Source: Verrucomicrobiota bacterium (lineage in GTDB: Bacteria; Verrucomicrobiota; Verrucomicrobiia; Opitutales; Seribacteraceae). Taken from it: a stretch of 64,000 bases of DNA. Below are positions 9,729-22,231 of the stretch, one piece after another (within the stretch, counting starts at the first letter, position 1; the number at the start of each line of letters is the position of its first letter). Position numbers and translations under genes: made by a program. A model generated the notes under the pieces. That model made no database searches. It saw only the letters and a list, made by a program, of their open reading frames with translations, and had not been told where the DNA came from. Where the stretch lies: the NCBI GenBank assembly GCA_027622665.1, contig JAQBYT010000007.1, positions 80,299 to 144,298 on the forward strand, read 5' to 3'.

Positions 9729-10741
9729 TTCCAAATTAGCCCCGCCCTTTTCTCCAGAGCTTCACGGCACTTAGCCACTTCGGCCTGTCGACTTTTTAGG
9801 TTTTCGTTCGCTATGGCGGAGACGTCGTCCAGGTTGTAGAGGTACACGCTTTCCAGATCGCCCACGCTTTGCTCCACGTCTCGAGGCATCGAGACGTCGA
9901 TCAGAAAGAGTGGACGCGCCGGGCGCTTGGCGATCGCTTTTCGAACGGCTTCCCGAGTAAGGATGGGGTCTTTCCCTGAGGTGGAACAGAGCACCACGTC
10001 GAACAAGTGAAGAGATTCCCGAAAGGAATCGAACCCGAGCACTGAACCTTTCGACTTCTCGGCCAGTTCGCGGGCTTTTTCATAGGTGCGTCCCGTTACC
10101 GTTATGGCTCTCGCTCCCCGTGATCCGAATGCATCCAACGCCATCTCGGCCACTTCGCCCGAGCCGACTACCAGAAAACGACAGGCGGATACGTCGCCGA
10201 ATATGCGGCGAGCCAATTCGCAGATGACGTTGCCGAGGTTTACTTGGCCACGAGAAATTCCCGTGTGGGTGCGGACCCACTTTGCGGCCTGAAAACTCTT
10301 TTGAAAGACTCGATTCAGGACTTTCCCCGTGCTTTCTCGGTTTAGGGCATCGTCGTAGGCTTCCTTCACCTGCCCGAGAATCTCGGTTTCGCCGACCATT
10401 TGGGAATCGATGCCCGAGGTTACTTCGAAGGCGTGCTTGACTACCGCTTCGCCCTGTCGCCGATAGGTGTGTTTTTCCAGGAATGCATTCTCCAGTTTGC
10501 GAAAGTTCATCAGGTATTCGCTCACCGGACCAAGCGGGGGCGAACCATTCCCGGAAACGTATATTTCCGTTCGGTTGCAGGTGTTCAGCACGAGGCTCTC
10601 CTTTAGGCCGGGCAGCGCCTGTAGACCCTTGTAGAAGTCGTCGATCGAATCGGCGGGCAGGCTTATTCGTTCCCGCTCCTCCAGCGAGGCTACGCGATGG
10701 GAGCTGCCGAGCAGGAATAGGTTTGGCGGTTCAGTTGGCAT
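9695..10741 (-). CDS. hemA: Glutamyl-tRNA reductase (short C-terminus)
   Basis: TCNRTEIY catalytic motif, GIDSQMVGETEILGQVK, IDVSMPRDV. Confidence 0.95.
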   Translation of the reverse strand: MPTEPPNLFLLGSSHRVASLEERERISLPADSIDDFYKGLQALPGLKESLVLNTCNRTEIYVSGNGSPPLGPVSEYLMNFRKLENAFLEKHTYRRQGEAVVKHAFEVTSGIDSQMVGETEILGQVKEAYDDALNRESTGKVLNRVFQKSFQAAKWVRTHTGISRGQVNLGNVICELARRIFGDVSACRFLVVGSGEVAEMALDAFGSRGARAITVTGRTYEKARELAEKSKGSVLGFDSFRESLHLFDVVLCSTSGKDPILTREAVRKAIAKRPARPLFLIDVSMPRDVEQSVGDLESVYLYNLDDVSAIANENLKSRQAEVAKCREALEKRAGLIWNQLLFSSNPPA

Positions 10742-11594
10742 CTTCGAACGATGGTTGAGGGGCAGTCTCCTGTCGTTGTGGAGCCGAGCGCACGAAACCG
10801 AGTGAAAGTATGGCCAACGCGAAAAGAGCGATACAGGCATTGGCAAACTTTTTACCGTATAACTTTTGACGAAAGTGAAGATACCAGAGTCCGCAGTAGG
10901 CGATCCACAGCCCGATCGTCACCCACAGCTTGACCGAGCTAATGGAAGCGGGAGATCGCGTCCAGTGCATGGAACCGACCACGATGGAAGCCGTAAGGAA
11001 AATGACCCCTACGAGCAGTAGGCGTTGGCCCGCCGTCTCCAGTTGATGAATGGAGGGTAGGTGGGCTCCGAGCGCCCCCGTCCGTTTGGCTTGCAGGGCC
11101 TTTTGTTGAACCAAGTACATGACGCTCACGACTGCCAGCAAGGCAAACAGGCCGTAGCTGAAGATAGCCACCGAGGCGTGCAGTTCGATCCACGGTCCCG
11201 AAAAGAGTCGTTTGTAGCTGGGTTCCAGCCAGTAGTTTGAGTCTAAGCCCGGACTGAGAAGGGAAAGAGCCCCGCCTATGCCGGCCAGACCCGCGGCAAA
11301 AGATCCAAGTAGATTCAGACGAAACAGTATTCGCATGATCAGGTACCCCGTGACCACCGACCAGAGGATGAATTGGATGCGCTCCATTCCGTTGCCGAGC
11401 GGGCACCCGTGAACATCCAGTCCTCTGAAGTACAGACCGCGCGTGTGGCCCGCGAAGGCGAATAGAATAAGGACGAACGGAACCATCGAGGGCAATCTCC
11501 GTTCCTTAGAGGCCAACGATAGCCCAGCTATCAAGGCCGCTCCGTAGAGGGCGGAGGCCAACCAGAGAAGCGTTCTAGCGTCGTTCAAGTCCAT
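10731..11594 (-). CDS. Cytochrome c assembly protein CcsA/HemX-like
   Basis: About 8 TM helices, WIELHAS, LPSIHQLE; upstream of hemA. Confidence 0.8.
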   Translation of the reverse strand: MDLNDARTLLWLASALYGAALIAGLSLASKERRLPSMVPFVLILFAFAGHTRGLYFRGLDVHGCPLGNGMERIQFILWSVVTGYLIMRILFRLNLLGSFAAGLAGIGGALSLLSPGLDSNYWLEPSYKRLFSGPWIELHASVAIFSYGLFALLAVVSVMYLVQQKALQAKRTGALGAHLPSIHQLETAGQRLLLVGVIFLTASIVVGSMHWTRSPASISSVKLWVTIGLWIAYCGLWYLHFRQKLYGKKFANACIALFALAILSLGFVRSAPQRQETAPQPSFEDAN

Positions 11595-11881
11595 CAATTA
11601 CGAAGAAATACCGGTAGTTTCGAGTGAGTGCGAGGAGCACGCTACCCAGCGAGGGTAGCGTTTCACGGCAGCAACCGAGGTGGAGTCGGGCGAGCCTGAT
11701 TGTATCAGTGGAATTGCTTTCTTCGACATAGAGTATATAAGAGGATAATCATACCTCATGGCGGAATAAAGTCAAAGAGGGAAGGGGATGTGATCGAAAA
11801 CCTTTTTGGGGATTCTGGCGAAAAGGCTTGCCCACTCTCGATTGGACTACAACCTCGGCAAACTTTACTTATTACCTGTTC

Positions 11882-13075
11882 ATGAACATACACGAATACC
11901 AAGCTAAACAACTTTTTGATGCAGCCGGCGTGGCTGTACCTGCGGGTGCCGTGGCCCAGAGCCCCGATGAGTTCGACACCGCCATCGCCTCTCTGCCCGA
12001 GGGTTCCGCCTTAGTGGTCAAGGCCCAGATTCATGCCGGTGGTCGCGGTAAGGGCACCTTCAAGGACGGTTTTCAAGGCGGCGTTCATGTCGTGGACTCT
12101 CGCGAGATCGCTAAGGAAAAGGCCGCCGCTATGCTCGGCAACGTTCTCGTCACCAAGCAGACGGGCGAAGTTGGTCGCGAGGTGCGCACCGTGTATTTTA
12201 CCGAGGCGGTTGACATCGCCAAGGAGTTCTACCTTGCCATTCTCATGGATCGGGCCACCTCCAAACCGGTGATTATCGCCTCCTTGGAAGGTGGGGTCGA
12301 CATCGAGGAAGTGGCCGAGAATTCTCCCGAGAAGATTATCAAGGTCACCATCGAGCCGACCCTCGGTCTACGCTCCTACCAAGCTCGCGAAATCGCATTC
12401 GGGTTACAATTGACGGGCGACTCGTTCAAGCAATGCGTAAAGCTGCTCAACAAACTCTATGCCTTCTTCTGGACCAAGGATTGCTCGCAAGTGGAGGTCA
12501 ATCCCCTTATCATCACCACGGACGGGGACGTCGTCGCTCTCGACGCCAAGGTGAATTTTGATTCCAACGCCCTCTTTCGCCATCCCGACATAGTCGAACT
12601 CCGAGACGAATCGGAGGAAGACCCACGCGAGGTGGAGGCCTCCAAGTTCGACCTCAACTACATTGCCCTCGACGGGGACGTGGCATGCATGGTGAACGGG
12701 GCAGGCCTAGCTATGGCCACCATGGACATCATCAAGCACTACGGCGGATCACCCGCCAACTTCCTCGACGTCGGCGGCGGAGCTACCGAGGCGCAGGTCG
12801 AAAACGCCTTTCGCATTCTCGTTTCCGATCCCGCCGTCAAGGCCATTCTCGTGAACATCTTCGGAGGCATCATGAAGTGTGACGTCATCGCGACTGGTAT
12901 CGTGAACGCAGCCAAGAACCTTGAGCTTACCCTGCCTCTCGTCGTTCGCCTCGAAGGCACCAACGTCGAGGCAGGCAAGCGTATACTGAGCGAAAGCGGC
13001 CTTGCCCTCGAGTCCGCCGAATCTCTGGCCGAAGCCGCCGATAAGGTGGTCAAGCTAGCCGCGGCCGCTTCTTAA
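11882..13075 (+). CDS. sucC: Succinyl-CoA ligase beta subunit
   Basis: [42 protein letters not shown]. Confidence 0.98.
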   Translation: MNIHEYQAKQLFDAAGVAVPAGAVAQSPDEFDTAIASLPEGSALVVKAQIHAGGRGKGTFKDGFQGGVHVVDSREIAKEKAAAMLGNVLVTKQTGEVGREVRTVYFTEAVDIAKEFYLAILMDRATSKPVIIASLEGGVDIEEVAENSPEKIIKVTIEPTLGLRSYQAREIAFGLQLTGDSFKQCVKLLNKLYAFFWTKDCSQVEVNPLIITTDGDVVALDAKVNFDSNALFRHPDIVELRDESEEDPREVEASKFDLNYIALDGDVACMVNGAGLAMATMDIIKHYGGSPANFLDVGGGATEAQVENAFRILVSDPAVKAILVNIFGGIMKCDVIATGIVNAAKNLELTLPLVVRLEGTNVEAGKRILSESGLALESAESLAEAADKVVKLAAAAS

Positions 13076-13129
13076 GCCTTCAACCTTTATCCAACCACAC
13101 TTTACGAACATCCCAACCGCCTTTCATTC

Positions 13130-14005
<876 letters not shown>

Positions 14006-14087
14006 TACGGGTTCTGTTCGATTACGCCTGACGGCTGTCGGGTGGAGAACTTTTCGTCTTGTCGCCTTGGTTGCCCTACGTGTCCGC

Positions 14088-14318
14088 TGGATTGCCGTGT
14101 CGGGGGCTTCCCCTCCTCGCAATGACAAGGTGTGAAGTGACGGGCGTTGTGGTTCATCACGGTTTAGGGATTCCTTAAACTCCACGCTGTCATTGCGAGC
14201 CCGTCAGGGCGTGGCAATCCAGTCGGGATCGTAGGTAGGCTGCTTGGGCGATGCGGTTGGTTGCCCAATGGTTCCGCTGGATTGCCGCGTCAGGAACTTT
14301 GCCCCTCCTCGCGATGGG
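14088..14318. repeat. REP-like palindromic repeats (GTCATTGCGAG..GTGGCAATCC / GGATTGCC..CTCGCAATGAC), three half-units
   Basis: Units at 14088, 14189 and 14278 in alternating orientation between convergent sucD and rsmG; same family as 45780-47164. Confidence 0.85.
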
Positions 14319-14335
14319 AGGGGTTGAAGAGTCGC

Positions 14336-14986
14336 CTAGATTTTGAAGTGGACGAGGTACTTTTCCTCCAAGCCGGCTTCGGGCAAGTGTTCCGCGAGAT
14401 CCCATACCCGAGCGGGGCTGAGGCGAGAGGTTGCCAATTCCTCCGAGAAGTCGCCGCCTTTCCAGTAAAGGATTCCGTTGGCGGGCGCATGCTGGGAGCC
14501 TTTGCGTATCTTGTTGCGGATCCGGCGGTAGAAGACGGACAGGTCTCCGACGGCTCGCCCGAGGATGAAGTCGTAGGACCTTTTGGCGGGAAGCTCCTCG
14601 GCTCGCCCTCGAATAACCGTTACGTTCTTGAGCCCGAGGCGGGCGACCATGTCCTCGACGGCGACGATTTTCTTGGCGATGGAGTCGATGAGCGTGAAGT
14701 TGGCCGCCGGGTAGCAGATTGCTAGCGGTATGCCGGGCAGACCGCCTCCGGTGCCGACGTCGAGCAAACTTGCCTTGGGCATGAGGCGAAGGAACTTTGT
14801 GGCGATGAGACAATGGGCAAGGTGCTTGATCTCTATGCGTTCGGTGTCCTTGCGTGAGACGAGGTTTATCTTGGCATTCCACTCGCGGAGAAGCTCGGTG
14901 TAGGCGGCCAAGCCTTCCCATGCTTCCTTGGCAATCTCGGGAAACCACCGAGGGAGGGTTGTCCATGGATCTTCTTCCGGGTTCAC
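14336..14986 (-). CDS. rsmG: 16S rRNA m7G527 methyltransferase
   Basis: WNAKINLVS, LDVGTGGGLPGIPLAI, RAEE. Confidence 0.95.
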   Translation of the reverse strand: MNPEEDPWTTLPRWFPEIAKEAWEGLAAYTELLREWNAKINLVSRKDTERIEIKHLAHCLIATKFLRLMPKASLLDVGTGGGLPGIPLAICYPAANFTLIDSIAKKIVAVEDMVARLGLKNVTVIRGRAEELPAKRSYDFILGRAVGDLSVFYRRIRNKIRKGSQHAPANGILYWKGGDFSEELATSRLSPARVWDLAEHLPEAGLEEKYLVHFKI

Positions 14987-15022
14987 TAGATCGGGTCAGG
15001 TTTTACTGAACGAAACTGTAAC

Positions 15023-16287
<1,265 letters not shown>

Positions 16288-16353
16288 GAGTTCATGGATT
16301 TTTCATGAGTATGGCAAAACGGCAACGATGAAGATTCGTCATGTGGTATTTGT

Positions 16354-17037
16354 TCAAGGTGCCGGGATTCCCGGGTTTTTGAGGGCTTTGCCTAACATGT
16401 CGAGGAATTCAGTTCGCGGCACCTCGCGCGCTCCTAAGTTGCCGAGGTGATCGGTGGGCACTTGGCAGTCGATGAACAGGAAGCCCTGTTGTCGGGCGAA
16501 TCCCACGAGGTGAGCCAGCGCTACCTTGGAAGCTTCGGGTTCATGATGAAACATGGACTCCCCGAAAAAGGCTGCACCCAGGGAGATTCCGTAGAGTCCT
16601 CCCACGAGCTTGCCGTTCCGATAGCTCTCGAAGGAATGAGCGAAGCCTTCTGCATGGAGCTTAGAGTAGGCTTTCACCATGTCCGGGGCGATCCATGTGC
16701 CAGGCTGATCCTTTCTTGGCACTCGAGAACAGGAGCGAATGACCTCCTCGAATGCAGTGTCGACTCGGCTTTCGAAGGTTTCCTTCTTGAGGGCGGAACG
16801 CAAGCTCCTGGAGATTTTGAATTCGTCGGGAAAAAGCAGGAAGCGTGGATCCGGCGAAAACCAGTGCCACAAGGGTGGATCTCCCCAGGATTCCCATGGG
16901 AAAATACCGTTGGAGTAGGCGAGTAGCAGACGTTCGGTGGTTAGTGAACCGCCTACGGCAAGAAGTCCGTCGGGTGGGGGGGTGTCGGGATGAGGGAACC
17001 AGGGTGGTTCCGAGTCGTCGAGGAGGACGACGGGCAT
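16354..17037 (-). CDS. aat: Leucyl/phenylalanyl-tRNA--protein transferase
   Basis: GLLAVGG, AYSNGIFPW, SPDPR, LVGGLYG, FFGESMF. Confidence 0.95.
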   Translation of the reverse strand: MPVVLLDDSEPPWFPHPDTPPPDGLLAVGGSLTTERLLLAYSNGIFPWESWGDPPLWHWFSPDPRFLLFPDEFKISRSLRSALKKETFESRVDTAFEEVIRSCSRVPRKDQPGTWIAPDMVKAYSKLHAEGFAHSFESYRNGKLVGGLYGISLGAAFFGESMFHHEPEASKVALAHLVGFARQQGFLFIDCQVPTDHLGNLGAREVPRTEFLDMLGKALKNPGIPAP

Positions 17038-17040
17038 CTT

Positions 17041-17985
17041 TTAGGATGCCTTTGCTTCGAGAATGGTGACCTGTGGACGACAATTGAAGCGAAGCCCGTG
17101 GAGGTTGCCTACGCCACGGGTCACGTTGATCAAGCGACCTTGCCAGGTGTGCAATCCATCGACAATGGAGTGATCCTTGACGGGAGCAAACGGAGTGTAA
17201 CCGACAAACGGAACTTTGCACTGGCCTCCGTGGGTGTGTCCGCAGAGCATAAGCTGCCAATCGTGATCGGCGAGGAAGGTCTTGGAGTCGGGGTTGTGAC
17301 TCAAGACAATGACCGGAGGTTCCTTAGGGGAACGGGAACGGGTCGCACTAACCTTGCTGAGGCACTTGTAGGGGAAGCAGCGTTGGGCCCAGATATCGCC
17401 GAGACCGACCAAGGCCAGCGGCTGTCCCTTGACGTAGATAACTTGCCTGCGGTTTTGCAGGAGGGCTATCTTGGCGTCCTTCAACATGGCTTCCACTTTT
17501 TCAGAAGTGGGGTAGCCGGAATTGGAGCCCGCCCACTTTCCGCCATCGTGGTTGCCCAAGCAGGCGAAGGTGGGAACTACCTCGGACAATTTGGACAAGA
17601 CTTCCCTGTAGCGATCAAATTCAACCTCGGTGAGCTTGCTCGTAATAAAATCACCCGTAATGAAGCAGATGTCGGGTTTCTCCGCGAGCCCGAGCTCGAT
17701 CGCTTCCTCGACTAGGGAAAAGGGAACTTTGTCGGACACGTGAAAGTCAGAAAGATGCAGGATGCTAAAGGATCGGCGAACAGGGAATTGCGCAGAGGGT
17801 AAGGTTTCCCGATGGACCTCCAACCAGCCGGCTTCAAACTTCATGTAACCCCAACCCCCAAGCCCAACAACTCCCAAGCCCAACAACCACTTTAGGAATC
17901 GCCGGCGAAGACTTGGTGGTGTTAAGCGCTTTCGGTTTGCTTCTGCTAGGCTCGCCGCAAAGTCGGGAATATTTTCGTCTGTCAT
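17041..17985 (-). CDS. Metallophosphoesterase, YaeI/YkuE family
   Basis: HLSDFH, ITGD, LGNHD, LSHNPD, GHTHGGQ; RRRFL N-terminal anchor. Confidence 0.9.
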   Translation of the reverse strand: MTDENIPDFAASLAEANRKRLTPPSLRRRFLKWLLGLGVVGLGGWGYMKFEAGWLEVHRETLPSAQFPVRRSFSILHLSDFHVSDKVPFSLVEEAIELGLAEKPDICFITGDFITSKLTEVEFDRYREVLSKLSEVVPTFACLGNHDGGKWAGSNSGYPTSEKVEAMLKDAKIALLQNRRQVIYVKGQPLALVGLGDIWAQRCFPYKCLSKVSATRSRSPKEPPVIVLSHNPDSKTFLADHDWQLMLCGHTHGGQCKVPFVGYTPFAPVKDHSIVDGLHTWQGRLINVTRGVGNLHGLRFNCRPQVTILEAKAS

Positions 17986-18117
17986 CTAGGAAACTTAACT
18001 ACAAATACCTATTTGGCGTGGATCAAATCTTTTAGTTGAAGGAGTATGATGATAAATACCCAAGAATTAAGAACCCCTCCATTCTTTCTATTTCTTTTAC
18101 TCGCTGCCAGTGACCGC

Positions 18118-19443
18118 TCATTCGTCTGTTGCTATGCCACCGGATTCTTCGAGCGAACGCAAGTTGTGAAGAAGATCTGCGGAATGGACCGACACTTCGG
18201 CTCCACTAGAAAGATCCTTTATTTTTACTTTGTTCGCAAGTACTTCTTCCTCGCCGTAGACGATGGCGAATTTAGCTCCACTGCGGCCCGCTTCCTTGAA
18301 TTGTTTCCCGAATGCTTGTCGCTTTAGCGGATAAGCCGTGGAGTAGCCCGCTTGTCGAAGACGCGCAACGTCCCGAAGAGCTGTGGGCCGTTCGTTCTCG
18401 CCTGCCACTATGAATATCTCGGGGGCGTCGATGTAGTCGGGCAGGAGTTTCTTGCCGTCCAAACAGTCGGTGAGGGTGACATCTCCTATGGCGAAGCCGG
18501 CAGCCGGCAGATCCACGTTGCCGGAAAGCTTTTTTACGAGATGGTCGTAGCGTCCGCCGCCCGCCAGCGCTCTGGACTCACCGGAACTCTCGAAGGCCTC
18601 GTAGACGAATCCCGTGTAATAGGCGAGGCCTCGAACGATGGATAGATCGATGTCCACGCAATCTGCCGCGTCATGGGATTCGAGCAGTTTAAGAAGTTCG
18701 GCCCACTCACCGGCGCGTCTTTCACCTTCCTCGCCGAAAGAAACGAGATGTTCGTTCAAAGCATCAAAAGTTGAAACGGCCTTCATCTTCTCGATGCCCG
18801 AAAGAATTTCTTCGCCCCTGCCGGGTATCGCTCCCTCAATGCTTTCGAGAGTTTGCTCTGGTTTACGTCGTTCGCTTTTGTCGATGGCGTCGAGTAGGGA
18901 AGGGCGATGTTCGTCGCTTACGCCGAGCGAGGAAAGAAACAAAGCCCAAGTCACTCGATCGCTGAGGCGGACTCGAAAGTCGTTAGCACCGAGTCCACAA
19001 GCCTTTAAAATGGCTACCAGTAGCGCGATGAGCTCGGCGTCTGCAGCGACGTCCTTCTCTCCCATGACGTCGGCGTTGAATTGATAGAAGGCACGCAACC
19101 GTCCCTTTTGTGGACGTTCATAGCGGAAGTGCTCGCCGACGTTGAACCACTTGATCGGTCGTCTAAGCGAGTTTGCCCGGGATGCAACCATGCGGGCCAA
19201 GCTAGGAGTCAATTCCGGACGAAGAGCGACTTGACGGTCGCCCTTGTCCGTAAAGTGGAAAAGTTGTCCGACTATTTCTTCGCCTGATTTCTCGATGTAA
19301 AGATCGAGGGGTTCAAGCACGGGAGCGTCATATTCCCTAAAGAAGAAGGTGCGGGCGACGTTTCGGAAGATTCGAAACAAGTGGTTACGGCGCGAGCAAT
19401 CTTCCGGATAGAATTCCCGAAAGCCTGGCAGGCTTTCAAACAT
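18118..19443 (-). CDS. hisS: Histidine--tRNA ligase
   Basis: LRPELT, FRYERPQKGRLRAFYQ, RGLAYYTG, GGGRYD. Confidence 0.97.
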   Translation of the reverse strand: MFESLPGFREFYPEDCSRRNHLFRIFRNVARTFFFREYDAPVLEPLDLYIEKSGEEIVGQLFHFTDKGDRQVALRPELTPSLARMVASRANSLRRPIKWFNVGEHFRYERPQKGRLRAFYQFNADVMGEKDVAADAELIALLVAILKACGLGANDFRVRLSDRVTWALFLSSLGVSDEHRPSLLDAIDKSERRKPEQTLESIEGAIPGRGEEILSGIEKMKAVSTFDALNEHLVSFGEEGERRAGEWAELLKLLESHDAADCVDIDLSIVRGLAYYTGFVYEAFESSGESRALAGGGRYDHLVKKLSGNVDLPAAGFAIGDVTLTDCLDGKKLLPDYIDAPEIFIVAGENERPTALRDVARLRQAGYSTAYPLKRQAFGKQFKEAGRSGAKFAIVYGEEEVLANKVKIKDLSSGAEVSVHSADLLHNLRSLEESGGIATDE

Positions 19444-19472
19444 GGTCGACGTGGTGCGTTGAGCGAAACGAG

Positions 19473-19790
19473 TCAGGAAGGATCTATCGCGTCCAGATCC
19501 AGATTGACCAACCCTTCCTTCAATTCCTTGCCCGCCTTGAACTTGACTACGGCGCGACGTGGAATGACTACGTCCGTTTGCGGGCGGTTTGGATTTCGCC
19601 CTACGCGGGCTTTGCGCACTTGAATTTCAAATACGCCGAATTTGCGTAACTCGATGTTGCGACCGGCAATGAGAGAATCACGAACAATATCCAAGGTCTG
19701 TTGGACGATCTGACGAACGTCCTCTTGTTTGTAATTATTGTTTTCGTAGATGCTTTGGACGATCTGCCGCTTGGTGAGGTTGTTGGACAT
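19473..19790 (-). CDS. HU/IHF family DNA-binding protein
   Basis: IELRKFGVF...RKARVGRNP...VVKFKAGKELK. Confidence 0.92.
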   Translation of the reverse strand: MSNNLTKRQIVQSIYENNNYKQEDVRQIVQQTLDIVRDSLIAGRNIELRKFGVFEIQVRKARVGRNPNRPQTDVVIPRRAVVKFKAGKELKEGLVNLDLDAIDPS

Positions 19791-19895
19791 GGCGGTAAAA
19801 CAGTTTGTAAATGGGTGAAGAGGAGTTTAGGTATGTGGCTCTACACATAGACTTTTCTAAATCAACAACCTGTCAAACCCAATTTGTTTTTTTCC

Positions 19896-21536
19896 ATGTC
19901 GAAAAAAGACGACGATAACCCTCTCGAAGAGCTCCAGAAGCAACTAAAGGACTTGCTCAACAATAAAAACGTGCAAGTTGCCTTCGCTCCTTTTATGACT
20001 GCCGGAGCCTCCGGAGAGGAGGCCGAAAAGGGAGACGATTCCGGCAGTTCGGGAGAATCCGACGAGCTGGACGAGGGCAAGTCTCGGGATGAGCGACTCG
20101 CCGGGATAAGGAACTTTGATCGCAAGCCGAAGGAGATTCGCGATTACCTCGACCGCTTCGTTATCAAGCAGGAACAAGCGAAGCGCGTTCTGGCGGTAGC
20201 CGTCTGCGATCACTTCAATCACGTCCGACGTTGCATCGAGGAACCAAAGCTCGCGAACCGCGAGTACATGAAGCCGAATTTGCTCCTCCTCGGTCCGACT
20301 GGTGTGGGCAAAACCTACCTTATGCGAAACATTGCCAAGCTTATCGGGGTTCCGTTCGTTAAGGCCGACGCCACGAAATTTTCCGAGACGGGGTACGTAG
20401 GCAACGACGTCGATGACCTCGTTAGGGATCTCGTCAAAGCTGCCGATGGTGACGTCGAATTGGCGGAATACGGCATCATCTACATCGACGAAATCGACAA
20501 GATCGCCTCGGAATCTTCGAAAGGTGGGCGAGATGTTTCAGGTCGCGGCGTGCAGATCAACCTCCTGAAATTGATGGAGGAGACGGACGTCAACCTGCAC
20601 TCTCCTCAGGACATGATGGGGCAGATGAAGGCGTTTATGGAAATGCAAAAGGGTGGAGGCAAGCCAGGCAAGAGCTCCATCAGTACCCGAAACATTCTCT
20701 TCATCGTGAGTGGGGCTTTCGACAAGCTGGCGGAAAACGTGAAACGACGTTTGTCCCTTTCCCGTATCGGCTTCGGTTCCTCGGAAGAGCAATCCGCCGA
20801 TGCTCGCCCGGTTTCGGAATTCCTCCATCAGTCCGAAACCAGAGATTTCATAGACTATGGTTTTGAACCCGAGTTTGTGGGCAGACTTCCGGTTCGGGTA
20901 GCCTGTGATGAACTTACCGGCGAGGATCTGGCAAGCATTCTTCTTAGTTCCGAGGGTAACGTATTGGAGCAGTACCGGAGCGACTTCGCAGGCTACGACG
21001 TAACCTTCGACATATCGGAAGACGCAATTCGCAAGATTGCCGAAAAGGCCGCCCTTGAGCAAACTGGGGCACGCGGTTTGGTAACCGTACTCGAGCGCAC
21101 CTTTCGTGATTTTAAGTTCGAACTGCCCTCCTCGGCGATTAAAAGTTTCGAAGTCGACGCCGAGACCATCGACAATCCCACGGATGCCCTTCAAGAACTG
21201 CTGGAAAGCAACAAGGACTTGCTTGACGAAGCCCTCTTGGGCGACGTGGATCGTTTTGCCTCCGATTTCTCGTTCAAGCACGGCTACAACCTGAAATTCC
21301 GCAAACCCGCCAAGGTCGCCTTGGCCAAGATCGCGACCAAGGAGAATCGTTCGATCTTGGCTATTTGCGAGCGCAAGTTTAACGATTTCGAGCACGGTTT
21401 GGGAATTATTTCCAAGCGTACGGGCAAGGTTGAATTCGTGATCGACAAGAAAGTCGTCGACGACCCCGACAAGGAACTTTCCGAGTGGGTCGTGAAAAGC
21501 TTCGGCTCATCCGAGCCTTCAGGTGACGAATCCTGA
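19896..21536 (+). CDS. ClpX-like AAA+ ATPase without N-terminal zinc domain
   Basis: GPTGVGKT, DATKFSETGYVG, YIDEIDKI, RDVSGRGVQ, IGF loop, TGARGL. Confidence 0.88.
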   Translation: MSKKDDDNPLEELQKQLKDLLNNKNVQVAFAPFMTAGASGEEAEKGDDSGSSGESDELDEGKSRDERLAGIRNFDRKPKEIRDYLDRFVIKQEQAKRVLAVAVCDHFNHVRRCIEEPKLANREYMKPNLLLLGPTGVGKTYLMRNIAKLIGVPFVKADATKFSETGYVGNDVDDLVRDLVKAADGDVELAEYGIIYIDEIDKIASESSKGGRDVSGRGVQINLLKLMEETDVNLHSPQDMMGQMKAFMEMQKGGGKPGKSSISTRNILFIVSGAFDKLAENVKRRLSLSRIGFGSSEEQSADARPVSEFLHQSETRDFIDYGFEPEFVGRLPVRVACDELTGEDLASILLSSEGNVLEQYRSDFAGYDVTFDISEDAIRKIAEKAALEQTGARGLVTVLERTFRDFKFELPSSAIKSFEVDAETIDNPTDALQELLESNKDLLDEALLGDVDRFASDFSFKHGYNLKFRKPAKVALAKIATKENRSILAICERKFNDFEHGLGIISKRTGKVEFVIDKKVVDDPDKELSEWVVKSFGSSEPSGDES

Positions 21537-22230
21537 TCCCGATGCCGTAAGGGTTACCTTCGAAGGCATCGCCCCACGTTACGATCTCGCCAACCATCTG
21601 CTGTCGGGAGGCTTAGACTTTCTTTGGCGGCGGCGTCTGATTCGTGAAGCCAAAGCAGAGCAACCCAGTGATGTTCTCGATTTGGCTACAGGCAGCGGCG
21701 ACATCGCCCTTGCTCTCCGCGTTGCTTTACCAGTCGACGTCAAGGTGATGGGGCTTGATTTCTGTCCGCCCATGCTCGCTGAGGCCGAGTGCAAAAGGAT
21801 CTCCGCCGGTTACTCACCGGATAGCCTTAGGTTTGTCCATGGCGATTGCTTATCACTGGATTTTCCCGATGGCAGTTTCGACCTCGTCACGATTGCCTTC
21901 GGATTGCGCAACCTGTCTGACCGAGCGATCGGTCTATCCGAGATGCAGCGGGTGCTTCGTCCTGGTGGGAGGTTGTTGATTCTGGAATTCAGCCAACCTT
22001 TCTTTTTTCTTCGCCCCTTTTATTATCTCTACCTACGAGGCATTCTACCGTTTTTCGCTCGATGGGTGACCGGTGATCGCCAAGCATACGAGTACTTGGG
22101 TTCCTCCATCTCGGGTTTTCCAGATCGGTTCGGTCTTGCCCAGGAGTTACGCCAGGCGAATTTCGGCAAGGTGAACTTCGTCTCGCTAACCGGAGCGGTC
22201 GTCGCCCTGCACGTGGGCGAGAAAAAGTAG
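21523..22230 (+). CDS. ubiE: Ubiquinone/menaquinone C-methyltransferase UbiE/MenG
   Basis: YDLANHLLSGG, LDLATGSGD, IAFGLRN, RVLRPGG, AYEYL. Confidence 0.92.
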   Translation: MTNPDPDAVRVTFEGIAPRYDLANHLLSGGLDFLWRRRLIREAKAEQPSDVLDLATGSGDIALALRVALPVDVKVMGLDFCPPMLAEAECKRISAGYSPDSLRFVHGDCLSLDFPDGSFDLVTIAFGLRNLSDRAIGLSEMQRVLRPGGRLLILEFSQPFFFLRPFYYLYLRGILPFFARWVTGDRQAYEYLGSSISGFPDRFGLAQELRQANFGKVNFVSLTGAVVALHVGEKK

Positions 22231-22231
22231 C

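Noticed and set aside
11598..11730. Small minus-strand ORF (~43 aa) and CGCTACCC/GGGTAGCG hairpin upstream of ccsA
   Set aside because: No recognisable motif; cannot be distinguished from chance
16288..16353. preQ1 riboswitch upstream of queF
   Set aside because: No recognisable preQ1 stem-loop with A-rich tail in the 66-bp gap
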